The notes under the pieces: generated by a model
What the model was told of the DNA's origin: nothing
Seen by the model: only the letters and a program-made list of their open reading frames with translations
The model's database searches: none
Source of the DNA: Nitrospiraceae bacterium
Lineage (GTDB): Bacteria > Nitrospirota > Nitrospiria > Nitrospirales > Nitrospiraceae
Assembly: GCA_050246315.1 (NCBI GenBank)
Contig: JBFWWG010000014.1
Location: forward strand, 1-64,000
Reading direction: 5' to 3'
DNA: 64,000 nt
Translations under genes and position numbers: made by a program
Part shown: positions 43,347 to 51,575 of the stretch, in pieces
How positions within the stretch are numbered: the stretch's first letter is position 1
Layout of the letters: each line of letters opens with the position of its first letter

Positions 43347-43560
43347 TAGCAGGCTGCGGGAAAACCTTCCGTTCATCTTTCGAGAGCCTCAGGACGATTG
43401 GAGCGGTCGTTGAATGCACTGGGGTTTTCCGATCCTGCTGCGACCTGTCGAACCCTGCGGTGAGCTCAGTCGAACCGCATGAACGGAACTCCTGGAAAGT
43501 GGGCGCCCTTCGATACGCTCAGGGCGAACGGATGATTACCGGAACTTTCGGGATGCAACA
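43347..43560. repeat. composite MITE/REP-like region
   Basis: Begins tagcaggctgcgggaaaa; contains cccttcgatacgctcagggcgaacgg (43506-43531), nearly identical to 25570-25595. Confidence 0.6.
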
Positions 43561-44547
43561 CTACGGCTCGACCCAAATATTGAGATAGGCCGGCAGACTA
43601 TCGGCCCCCTTTACCGTATCGGGACCGATCATGTCAGTCACTTGCAATCGGAAACGGATTAGTCGCTTCGCGGCGACCTTGGGGGCGATGAACGACGCCT
43701 TGGCTTCATTTGGTCCGGTCAGATCGACCTTGAGGCCGCGAACCTGGCTCCACTCGTACCGCAGGGGATCGCCGTCTGGGTCTACGCTCTGGACCCCGCT
43801 CAACACGACCCGAGCCCCGCCTTTCACCGTCTGGTCTTCACCCGGGTTGGCCGAAGGGGGTCGGTTTGGTTCGTCGTCGCCGATCGCCTGAATATCGAGC
43901 GTTCCGACCTTGCCGCGGTTGACAACCTGCAGCGAGGCCCGGCCTGGCCTCTCGACTCGAATCCATCCGTCATCGAGCACTCTCGCGATATTCGGATCGC
44001 TCGACTGAAATTGGCTGCCGGCCGACGGGGAATCGATCGACCGCACCAGTCCGTCCTGGAATAACCCCACTGCCGGCACCCGCGTGAGCTTGCCGATGGG
44101 TTGGACTATCCAGGGTTTCTCGGCTTCAAATTCGATGGTCTCAATCGGAGCGGGGGGCTCCACCTGCACGACGACCTCATCAAAGTCGGGCCTGGTCCCC
44201 AATCGTCCCTGTGTCACCTCCGCCACGGCCAGCAGGCGCATCCGCCCGGCCGCGACCAACGGCACAGTCAGATTGCCTCCGAACGGCGGCGTGGCGGACA
44301 TATCGGCCACCAGCGCCGCTTCGGCCAGTTGCGGCGGAAGCGGCTCCTCCTCAGCTCGATACCAGTAATAGGTGATCTTGCGAATCCCCGCCTCGCGCTC
44401 GACCTTGACCGTGACGGGGATGGATTGCCCTCCGGTCACCACCGCCGATGAGCGCGGGGCGGTTAACTCAAAGGCACCGGTTGTGGCCACGTTCAGGCCG
44501 AAGGCGCCCAACCAGAACAGACCCCAGTAGACCAGCCGGAGTCGCAT
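43561..44547 (-). CDS. exported Ig-like/PKD-domain protein
   Basis: Signal-like N-terminus; FQSSDPNIARV (Big_2-like); NRPPSANPGEDQTV...SVDPDGDPLRYEWSQV (PKD-like). Confidence 0.8.
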   Translation of the reverse strand: MRLRLVYWGLFWLGAFGLNVATTGAFELTAPRSSAVVTGGQSIPVTVKVEREAGIRKITYYWYRAEEEPLPPQLAEAALVADMSATPPFGGNLTVPLVAAGRMRLLAVAEVTQGRLGTRPDFDEVVVQVEPPAPIETIEFEAEKPWIVQPIGKLTRVPAVGLFQDGLVRSIDSPSAGSQFQSSDPNIARVLDDGWIRVERPGRASLQVVNRGKVGTLDIQAIGDDEPNRPPSANPGEDQTVKGGARVVLSGVQSVDPDGDPLRYEWSQVRGLKVDLTGPNEAKASFIAPKVAAKRLIRFRLQVTDMIGPDTVKGADSLPAYLNIWVEP

Positions 44548-44611
44548 GTGCGAGGACGATTCCCCCGGTCGTCGTGGGGGTGCTTCACGCTGGTGCGGGC
44601 CGAAGGGTGTG

Positions 44612-45799
44612 TCAGAGACCGGCGCCCGACGGCGCCACGAAGGAGAGAAACCGCTCGATGGCATAGGTTGTCACCTGGCCGCATGGACCATGGAAGTTAC
44701 TGTCGCACCCATGCGTGGCCCAGGGCAGTTTGACATAGACATGCGGAACCCGCAATTGATGCAGCCGCTCGGCCAGCCGGTCGCTCTGGGTCGCCGGCAC
44801 CACCGGATCGCGGAGGCCGTGAATCAGCAACGTCGGAAGGGCTCCATCGGCGAACGTGCGTGGTGAGGCGCTTTCATAGAGGGCGCCGGCCCCGACCATC
44901 TCATAAGAAACACCGAGATGACTCTGAAGCACTCTCCTGGCATCCACCACGGCCTGGTTCCCCGGATTCAGATACCAATAACCCAGGTCGGTAGGAGGAG
45001 ACATGGCAATCACCCCGACGATCGCAGGATCGAGTCGTCGATAGGCCGCCAACAGCGCCAGTTGGGCGCCGCTTCCCCGTCCCAGGAGAATGATCCGCCG
45101 CGCATCGAATCCCGTATTGAGCGCCATGTTCTTGAGGTATTGGATCGCCTCAGACAGATCGTCGAGCGCCGCAGGATAGGGAGCGGAGGGGCCCTGTCGG
45201 TAGTCGACCGCGGCGACCACATACCCATGGTTGGTCAGATACACGTTCAGGTTCATCTGCTCGGTGCGGGAGCCGGATTCCCAGTTACCGTCATGCAGCA
45301 CCACGACCAAGGGACGCCTGATCGGCGTCCCTGAGCCGGGAGCGTTGGTCGGAGGACTGTAGAGGTCCACCTCCAAGACAATGTCTTCTCCGCGCTTCGC
45401 ATAGCTCAGTGCGTAGGACTCGACCTGCGGCAAGCTGACGCCTTGGAACAAGTCCTGCCAGACGAGCGGGGCGCGGCGCGCCGGGTGCTCGCCGTTGGCG
45501 CGCGGGGTGACGTGGCCCATTACGACAGCCATATCTGCATCTAAGACCTTCCCATAGGCCCAGGCCTTTAAGACCGGGGCGCTCAGCAGCACCAGCGCGA
45601 AGAGTCCCAAACAGGCTCCCATCCGGCCCGCCGCGCTGCCCCGCCATCCTGGCAGCCAGAGCAGCAGAACCGGGATCAGAAACCAATACCCCCATTCCAT
45701 CCCGACCAATGAGACGAACCACAGGGGGCGGTTGGGCGGGGGGACCAGTGTGAGGACTCCGATCCCGACCAAGAGCAGTCCCCAAACTAAGCGTCCCAT
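44612..45799 (-). CDS. membrane-anchored alpha/beta hydrolase (HSL/BD-FAE-like) with an atypical nucleophile elbow
   Basis: Three N-terminal TM helices; VDYR, TLLIHGLRDPVV, HGCD; GRGSG in place of GxSxG. Confidence 0.8.
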   Translation of the reverse strand: MGRLVWGLLLVGIGVLTLVPPPNRPLWFVSLVGMEWGYWFLIPVLLLWLPGWRGSAAGRMGACLGLFALVLLSAPVLKAWAYGKVLDADMAVVMGHVTPRANGEHPARRAPLVWQDLFQGVSLPQVESYALSYAKRGEDIVLEVDLYSPPTNAPGSGTPIRRPLVVVLHDGNWESGSRTEQMNLNVYLTNHGYVVAAVDYRQGPSAPYPAALDDLSEAIQYLKNMALNTGFDARRIILLGRGSGAQLALLAAYRRLDPAIVGVIAMSPPTDLGYWYLNPGNQAVVDARRVLQSHLGVSYEMVGAGALYESASPRTFADGALPTLLIHGLRDPVVPATQSDRLAERLHQLRVPHVYVKLPWATHGCDSNFHGPCGQVTTYAIERFLSFVAPSGAGL

Positions 45800-45875
45800 C
45801 GAAAGAATCCTTCTCCTCAGCGAGGTCTCTCATGTAGTAGAATAGCATGTGGTCGAAGGAGGCCAAGGAGATTTC

Positions 45876-46259
45876 ATGAAATCACGGATCGTCCCGAGTT
45901 GTGTGTTGGCCATGAGCGTGATGGGCTTGGTTGGATATTCCTTGGAGGCCGGCATGCCGCCGCTCCACATCACGATCGACAGCGGAGCGCCATATTTCGT
46001 ACCTGTTTCGGCCAATGTGCCATCGGGAACCGCAATCCATTGGAGCAATCCGACCGCCTCTCCCCATACGATCACCCATATGGCCTGTGTGGACGAGGAA
46101 GGCCGGTGCATGTTCGACTCCGGGACCATCCTACCGGATGGGCAATTCACTGTTCCGGCCCTGCCTCCCGGGCGCTACCCCTACTACTGCCAACTTCATC
46201 CCATCATGCGCGGTGTGCTCATCGTGACCGATTCCCAATCCGGATCGTCGGAAACGTAA
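45876..46259 (+). CDS. exported cupredoxin (type 1 copper protein)
   Basis: Signal peptide; PHTITH and YYCQLHPIMRG (Cys/His/Met ligands); AAGGAG RBS. Confidence 0.88.
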   Translation: MKSRIVPSCVLAMSVMGLVGYSLEAGMPPLHITIDSGAPYFVPVSANVPSGTAIHWSNPTASPHTITHMACVDEEGRCMFDSGTILPDGQFTVPALPPGRYPYYCQLHPIMRGVLIVTDSQSGSSET

Positions 46260-46395
46260 TCATCTGTCCATAGCCTCCCGCCTGTTCGCCTCATGCCTAC
46301 CGAGTTTGTTCTACCAACTCGGCTTGCGCCGATAAAACGTCATCGTGTAGGCTGGCTCCGCTCGCGAGCATCCATAAGACCTGACGCACGGCACG

Positions 46396-47886
46396 ATGAA
46401 ACCATCCGTCGTTCTCCACGATCCGCTCACCTTTACGGATGACATCCTCGTCCAACGGGCCTGGCGCATCCCCGACCTAGTGATCTACCAACAGGGAGAG
46501 GACGAATGGTGGGTCGCGCCCCTCGACGATAACCTTCCGCTGGTCCGCCTGAATCGGGTCGGCATGGAAATGCTTGGCTCGATGACCGGCCATATCACGG
46601 TTGCCGCCTTGGTAGAGAAATACGCGAAATGGATCTGCGGACCGGACGGCCAGCCGGGCCTCTGGCATCTCCAGCGTTGGGCCCTACCTAACTACTCCCT
46701 CTGCTACTTCGGCACGGAACCGCCCGGCGGCCATCGGCACAAGGCCAAGTGGGATGTCCTCTTACAGCAGATCCGGGAAGGTTGGTCCGGCCAAGAGGGA
46801 TTCGAAGGGGAAGCGCACCTCGCCGATTTCCATGTGGAGGAGCTCAAGGAAGCGGCCGAGGACGACGGCCATTTCGACCTCATCGAGACCACCGTCTCCC
46901 ACCTGTTTCGCGAACCGAGCGAGGCGCTGGCGGGGCTGACCTACGGCCGGTTGTTGATCAAGCAACTGCGCCGGCTCGGGTGGTTCACGCCGAAGCCCAA
47001 AGTCATCCTCGAAGTCGGCGGCGGGCTTGGCTATGTCGCCCGGGAAATGGGCAAGGATCTGTTGCCCTTCGAGAAGCAAGGCATCCAGTATCTGTCGCTC
47101 GATGTGACAAGGCCCTTCCTCTCGTTGCAGCAGCGACGTGCAAAGGAAGGCGGGTGGGCCTGCACCGGAACCCAGGCCAACGGGGAGTTCCTTCCGTTGA
47201 AGGACCACTCGGTCGATCTCGTGATTGACAACGAGAACATGGCCGATATGACGCCCGCGAAACTGTCGCGACAGGAACTCCTGACCGGAATAGGTGAGAC
47301 GCCGTTGCATCAGGAGGCGCTGGACTGGATTCGCCGGCTGAGGCTGCCGATCGAAGCCGATCCGCCCGAAGAGGTCATCTTCAACCTTGGGCCATTCCGA
47401 TTTGTTGCGGAACTCTGGCGGGTCCTCAAGCCGGGGGGACGGGCGTTTCTGACCGAGTTCGGCATCGAGGAAGGTTGGCCGGCTCCAGTCAAACTCCCCG
47501 GCCATACGGAATATGAAGTGCAATACACCCATTTGCGGCAGGCCGTGCGATGGCTAGGTTTTCAGGAACGGTATCTGCCGCTGCCGCCATTCCTCGGCAT
47601 CAAACCGGATACCAAGGTACTCTGCACGGGCGCGGCCTATACGATTCAACGGTTTTGCCAGGCCTTAGGGAAACCCTTTGCAGTCCGAGCCTACACTGAA
47701 CAAGAGCTTGCCGCCACGATCAAAGACATGCTGCCGAAGGTCATCGGCTGCCATTACCACGACATCGCCGACCCGGCCTGGTTCGGCCTGATCGATTTCA
47801 AGGTCCTGCTGCTGGAAAAGCCCGGCGGCGCGCCGCGTCCCGCCTATCAGAACGCCTCAGGCTATCGGTGGTATTCGCAGAAATAG
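46396..47886 (+). CDS. class I SAM-dependent methyltransferase with N-terminal extension
   Basis: ILEVGGGLG, LPLKDHSVDLVI, WRVLKPGG. Confidence 0.85.
   Translation: MKPSVVLHDPLTFTDDILVQRAWRIPDLVIYQQGEDEWWVAPLDDNLPLVRLNRVGMEMLGSMTGHITVAALVEKYAKWICGPDGQPGLWHLQRWALPNYSLCYFGTEPPGGHRHKAKWDVLLQQIREGWSGQEGFEGEAHLADFHVEELKEAAEDDGHFDLIETTVSHLFREPSEALAGLTYGRLLIKQLRRLGWFTPKPKVILEVGGGLGYVAREMGKDLLPFEKQGIQYLSLDVTRPFLSLQQRRAKEGGWACTGTQANGEFLPLKDHSVDLVIDNENMADMTPAKLSRQELLTGIGETPLHQEALDWIRRLRLPIEADPPEEVIFNLGPFRFVAELWRVLKPGGRAFLTEFGIEEGWPAPVKLPGHTEYEVQYTHLRQAVRWLGFQERYLPLPPFLGIKPDTKVLCTGAAYTIQRFCQALGKPFAVRAYTEQELAATIKDMLPKVIGCHYHDIADPAWFGLIDFKVLLLEKPGGAPRPAYQNASGYRWYSQK
47780..47882 (+). repeat. 103-bp direct repeat, copy 1 (3' end of the methyltransferase)
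   Basis: Matches 48885-48987 with 2 mismatches. Confidence 0.95.
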
Positions 47887-48229
47887 AAAGATTGAACCAG
47901 CACCCATGCTGGTCCCCTGCTCCCGGAGCGCGCGCCCTCAGAAGGGCGCCGGGGGACCCGATGCGCTTTCGTATATGCAACGGGTCGTAACGGCCGCAAT
48001 AGGACCACCATGGGTGTGGTCCACAGAGGGGACAATCACCAAGCGCGGAAGAAGCATTTTATCGTCCAAGGCAGGTACGCCGAGCAGGTCAACCCGAACC
48101 ACCCTTCGTGCTCGCGCAACGTGCATACCTCAGAAGGATGCAACAGGAGACGCCAGACTATCCTTCTTTCTCGCAGAACGTGGAAGATAGAACGGCAGGT
48201 CACCACGTGTGTGAAGGGAGTGGATCAGA

Positions 48230-48258
48230 TTGACAGCCTTTTGATCGACGGAGATAAT
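48230..48258 (+). promoter_or_regulatory. sigma70 promoter for hicAB
   Basis: TTGACA-17-GATAAT. Confidence 0.65.
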
Positions 48259-48325
48259 GCGTTCAATAATTTGAGAATGGCCGAGCTATGATTCGTCGCT
48301 CCCATCGCAGTGCGCAAGGTTATGC

Positions 48326-48511
48326 GTGAAGTTTTCCGAGGTGGTGAGGTTGTTGGAACACAATGGGTTCACCCTGATCAAGGAAAAGGGTTCCATTCGT
48401 TACTACGGCAAGCCAGGTATCGACCGGTTGGTGCGGATTGATTATCATGGTTCCAAGGAAGTGCCGACGGGGACCTGCCACGCCATCCTGAAAGCAGCAG
48501 GGATCAAATAG
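48326..48511 (+). CDS. hicA: HicA-family mRNA interferase toxin
   Basis: 61 aa; EVVRLLEHNGF...KGS...YHGSKEVPTGTCHAILKAAGI. Confidence 0.85.
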   Translation: MKFSEVVRLLEHNGFTLIKEKGSIRYYGKPGIDRLVRIDYHGSKEVPTGTCHAILKAAGIK

Positions 48512-48524
48512 CGGGAGGCGTCAC

Positions 48525-48773
48525 ATGATCAACCTCAAATACTCTCTCGTCATCGAGGCGACGGATGATCCCACCTTCTTTGGTTTTTACTCCCCCGACC
48601 TCCAAGGATTTACGGGAATTGGCCATTCCATCGAGGATTGCCTGTACCAGGCCAGGTGGGGGATGGAGGAACACCTGGCGCTTCTAAAGGAAAAAGCGCT
48701 GCCTGTTCCTGCGCCGAGTACCAATCCCACCATCGTGATTCAAAACGAAAAACGAGTCGGCCAAGCGGTGTAA
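48525..48773 (+). CDS. hicB: HicB-family antitoxin
   Basis: YSLVIE...YSPDLQGFTGIGHSIEDC...LPVPAP; GGGAGG RBS. Confidence 0.85.
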   Translation: MINLKYSLVIEATDDPTFFGFYSPDLQGFTGIGHSIEDCLYQARWGMEEHLALLKEKALPVPAPSTNPTIVIQNEKRVGQAV

Positions 48774-48884
48774 TAATAGTTGCGTCGGATCGCGGTTTCT
48801 TGGCTGCCGGCCGACAAGCTTCAACACGATTCCTGTTCCTGCCGACATTCGACATTTCCTCCGAGTCATCTGCCCACCGCCCCC

Positions 48885-48987
48885 GGTTCGGCCTGATCGA
48901 CTTCAAGGTCCTGCTGCTGGAAAAACCCGGCGGCGCGCCGCGTCCCGCCTATCAGAACGCCTCAGGCTATCGGTGGTATTCGCAGAA
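48885..48987 (+). repeat. 103-bp direct repeat, copy 2 (displaced gene 3' end)
   Basis: Encodes the same FGLIDFKVLLLEKPGGAPRPAYQNASGYRWYSQK peptide and ends in TGA at 48991. Confidence 0.95.
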
Positions 48988-49152
48988 GTGAAGCAGGAGG
49001 CCGGGCTCGCCGGCTTCCTTGCTCCCGGAACCCGCACGATCAGAATGTGCTCGTTCGACGGCCGCAGTTGAAGCCAGCGAGTCCGGCCCCAAAATAGTGC
49101 CAGGAAGAAAAGATGTGGACTCCTGGACGCTCGCACTCAAGTGCGGCTCGCT

Positions 49153-49317
49153 TTATGCGGCGAACTCCACACGTACCTCGCGCCCAAGTCTCGCTTGAAG
49201 CGTGATGAGCATTTCCAGGCTGAACTTGTCCCATTTGCCGCGCATGAGATCGGACACTTGGGATTGTGCGATACCCAGGCGCTCGGCTGCCTCAAACTGG
49301 CCGAGCCTGTAAGTCAA
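49153..49317 (-). pseudogene. XRE/HigA-like HTH antitoxin, 5'-truncated (not in the ORF track)
   Basis: Manual translation: ...GQFEAAERLGIAQSQVSDLMRGKWDKFSLEMLITLQARLGREVRVEFAA*. Confidence 0.75.
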
Positions 49318-49357
49318 TACTCATGCCAGACCCCATCTCTCGACTTAATCCATCAAT

Positions 49358-50212
49358 TCACTTGCACCTCCACAGTTCAGGAAAGATCTCATAAGCCTCC
49401 TGTTCAAACGGCAGTGTATTACCGAGGTAAACCTTATCGAATGGGAGCTGCCGCCTCCGGGAGCACGCTCCCACTATCCCACTGGCTAACTTCGCAACAT
49501 CTTGGAAGCGAGAGGTTATTTCATCCATGAAGGGTGCATTATAGGTCAAGGCATCGGCTCCATAATGAATTAGCAGCGATACCGGCTGCCTCACAATATT
49601 CCCATAGTGGCCGGCCTTCTTGAGAATGATGGTTTGAAGTGCCGCTCTCGCCGATTCCCCCGAATAGGAGCCTCCTCTCGATTTGACATTTATCCATGGC
49701 ATCCCTGGCCCTTTGGGTTGCCTGGTGACCATGCCTTTGACTCTGGAGATGAAGCGGACTTTTCCCAAGTATTTTCCCAGCGTCGGCAAGCCTGAAAAAT
49801 CCTTATCGTGTCGCTCCGTTGGCCAATGACTGTCCGTCTCTTCGATCAATTTAAGTAGTTCTTCTCGGAAACTTTGGCGATCGTGCCCATCGCACCTTGT
49901 GCACTCCTTCTTAGGTGCGAGTAGAACACTATGGATATGCTTCGTCTTATTATCGGATTGCTGACCAATTGTTTCCCTAATACTTGAATCAAGCTGCTCC
50001 TGCCGCTTTCCCTGCGCTATCTCATCCTCGACCAGCCATTCCCCAAGCTCAAAACCGATCTTGCTACCGTCCTTCAACGTTGCAAGTACATCAGGAAATG
50101 CCCCTGCTTCGTCCTGGACATTCCAGTGACCTGCTATGTCGCTGGCAAGGGAAGGGTATGCCCGAAGGAATGCCTCAAACGCCTCACGTTCTTTCTCCTT
50201 CTGAGGATCCAT
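49358..50212 (-). CDS. hypothetical protein, AT-richer than its surroundings, possible PD-(D/E)XK-like fold
   Basis: 284-aa ORF; FPDVLATLKDGSKIGFELGEW resembles a PD...ExK-type core. Confidence 0.6.
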   Translation of the reverse strand: MDPQKEKEREAFEAFLRAYPSLASDIAGHWNVQDEAGAFPDVLATLKDGSKIGFELGEWLVEDEIAQGKRQEQLDSSIRETIGQQSDNKTKHIHSVLLAPKKECTRCDGHDRQSFREELLKLIEETDSHWPTERHDKDFSGLPTLGKYLGKVRFISRVKGMVTRQPKGPGMPWINVKSRGGSYSGESARAALQTIILKKAGHYGNIVRQPVSLLIHYGADALTYNAPFMDEITSRFQDVAKLASGIVGACSRRRQLPFDKVYLGNTLPFEQEAYEIFPELWRCK

Positions 50213-50254
50213 ATTTCACTTGGCTCCAATCTTTCAAGCTCAAGACATCATTGA

Positions 50255-51211
50255 TCACTTCATCATCCGGACTGCCAAGTCAATCAACACGCCTTCGCGC
50301 AAGCCCAGGTCGCTCACCAGAACGCTCGGCATCCCCAGAGTCTCCATGATGGTTCGGAGCATGATCGTGCCGGAGACGATGACGTCCTCGCGGCCACGTT
50401 CGAGGCCGGGCAGCCCCACTCGCTGCGCTTTGATGCGACTAAGCAGCATCTGCTCGATCTGCTGGACGGTGGCGAGCGTCAACCGATAATTGTGAATCCT
50501 CGCCGGTTCATAGGCAGGCAGTTGCTGGGCCATGGCCGCAAGCGACGTGATCGTGCCGGCCGTACCGACGAACGTGAGGTCGGATGGTCTCGGCATACCA
50601 GCGACAACTCCCTCCATTTCTTTCCGAATCCACTCTCCCGCCCGCTCCACTTCCTCGACCGTCGGCGGATCATGGTGCAACAGCCGCTCGGAGAGACGCA
50701 CCACCCCGATATCGATCGAGCGGACGATCGGCTGTCGCCCCGGCCGGTCGAGAATGAACTCTGTACTCCCACCCCCGATGTCGAGCGCCAGCATGTCCGC
50801 CACGCCGGGCGGCAAACCCGATCGAATGCCCAACATGGTCCGGCGGGCTTCTTCCTCTCCCGAGATCAACTCGACTTCGAAGCCGGCCTCTTTCTTGGCC
50901 AGATCCAGAAACTCGTCTCGATTGGCGGCATCCCTCACGGCGCTGGTCGCCACAGCCGTCACCGCGTCCGGCCGGTACATCTCGACGACTCTGCTCCATT
51001 CCTTCAAGGTCTCGACGACTCTGGCCATCGCCTCCGCCGCCAGCCTTCGAGTCTCATCCACTCCCTGGCCGAGACGAAGAATCCGGCGGTCCGAACGTAG
51101 CTCGTGCAACTTCCCCTGTTCGTCCAACCGCGCAACCAAGAGCCGGCAGGTCAACGTGCCGATATCAACACCGGCAAGGATTCGTTCTGTCCTCTTGCGC
51201 TGATCGTTCAT
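50255..51211 (-). CDS. ppx: Ppx/GppA family exopolyphosphatase
   Basis: GVDIGT, VATSAVRDAAN, ISGEEEA, DIGGGSTE, GLREG. Confidence 0.92.
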   Translation of the reverse strand: MNDQRKRTERILAGVDIGTLTCRLLVARLDEQGKLHELRSDRRILRLGQGVDETRRLAAEAMARVVETLKEWSRVVEMYRPDAVTAVATSAVRDAANRDEFLDLAKKEAGFEVELISGEEEARRTMLGIRSGLPPGVADMLALDIGGGSTEFILDRPGRQPIVRSIDIGVVRLSERLLHHDPPTVEEVERAGEWIRKEMEGVVAGMPRPSDLTFVGTAGTITSLAAMAQQLPAYEPARIHNYRLTLATVQQIEQMLLSRIKAQRVGLPGLERGREDVIVSGTIMLRTIMETLGMPSVLVSDLGLREGVLIDLAVRMMK

Positions 51212-51531
51212 CTCATATTCCGAATGCTGTCCATGTCCGCCTCGATCCGCGCCCGTTCGTCGTGCATCTTGCGGACCTGATTGATCCATGCGGAAATCTC
51301 TCGATCCATCTTGATCGCACCCAGCGTGCTCCCTTGCTCGACCAAGCGGACGGTGCGTTCCCCGATGTCTTCATGTATCTGATCCAGTTGATCTTGAATC
51401 TTTCGCAGTTCCAGTCGCAGCTTGAGCAACTCGGACTCTTCCATCGCACGGTTCGCGGCCTCAGCCGTTCCCTGCCGGAGCGTCGCCCATCCTGCCTTGA
51501 GATCTAACTTGAGACGTTGCAACAGACCCAT
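51208..51531 (-). CDS. hypothetical coiled-coil protein
   Basis: 107-aa ORF, translationally coupled (ATGA overlap) to ppx. Confidence 0.75.
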   Translation of the reverse strand: MGLLQRLKLDLKAGWATLRQGTAEAANRAMEESELLKLRLELRKIQDQLDQIHEDIGERTVRLVEQGSTLGAIKMDREISAWINQVRKMHDERARIEADMDSIRNMR

Positions 51532-51575
51532 CGCCGTTCCTTCTTCGCTGTCACCCCGTTATCCCAGCTCCTTCG

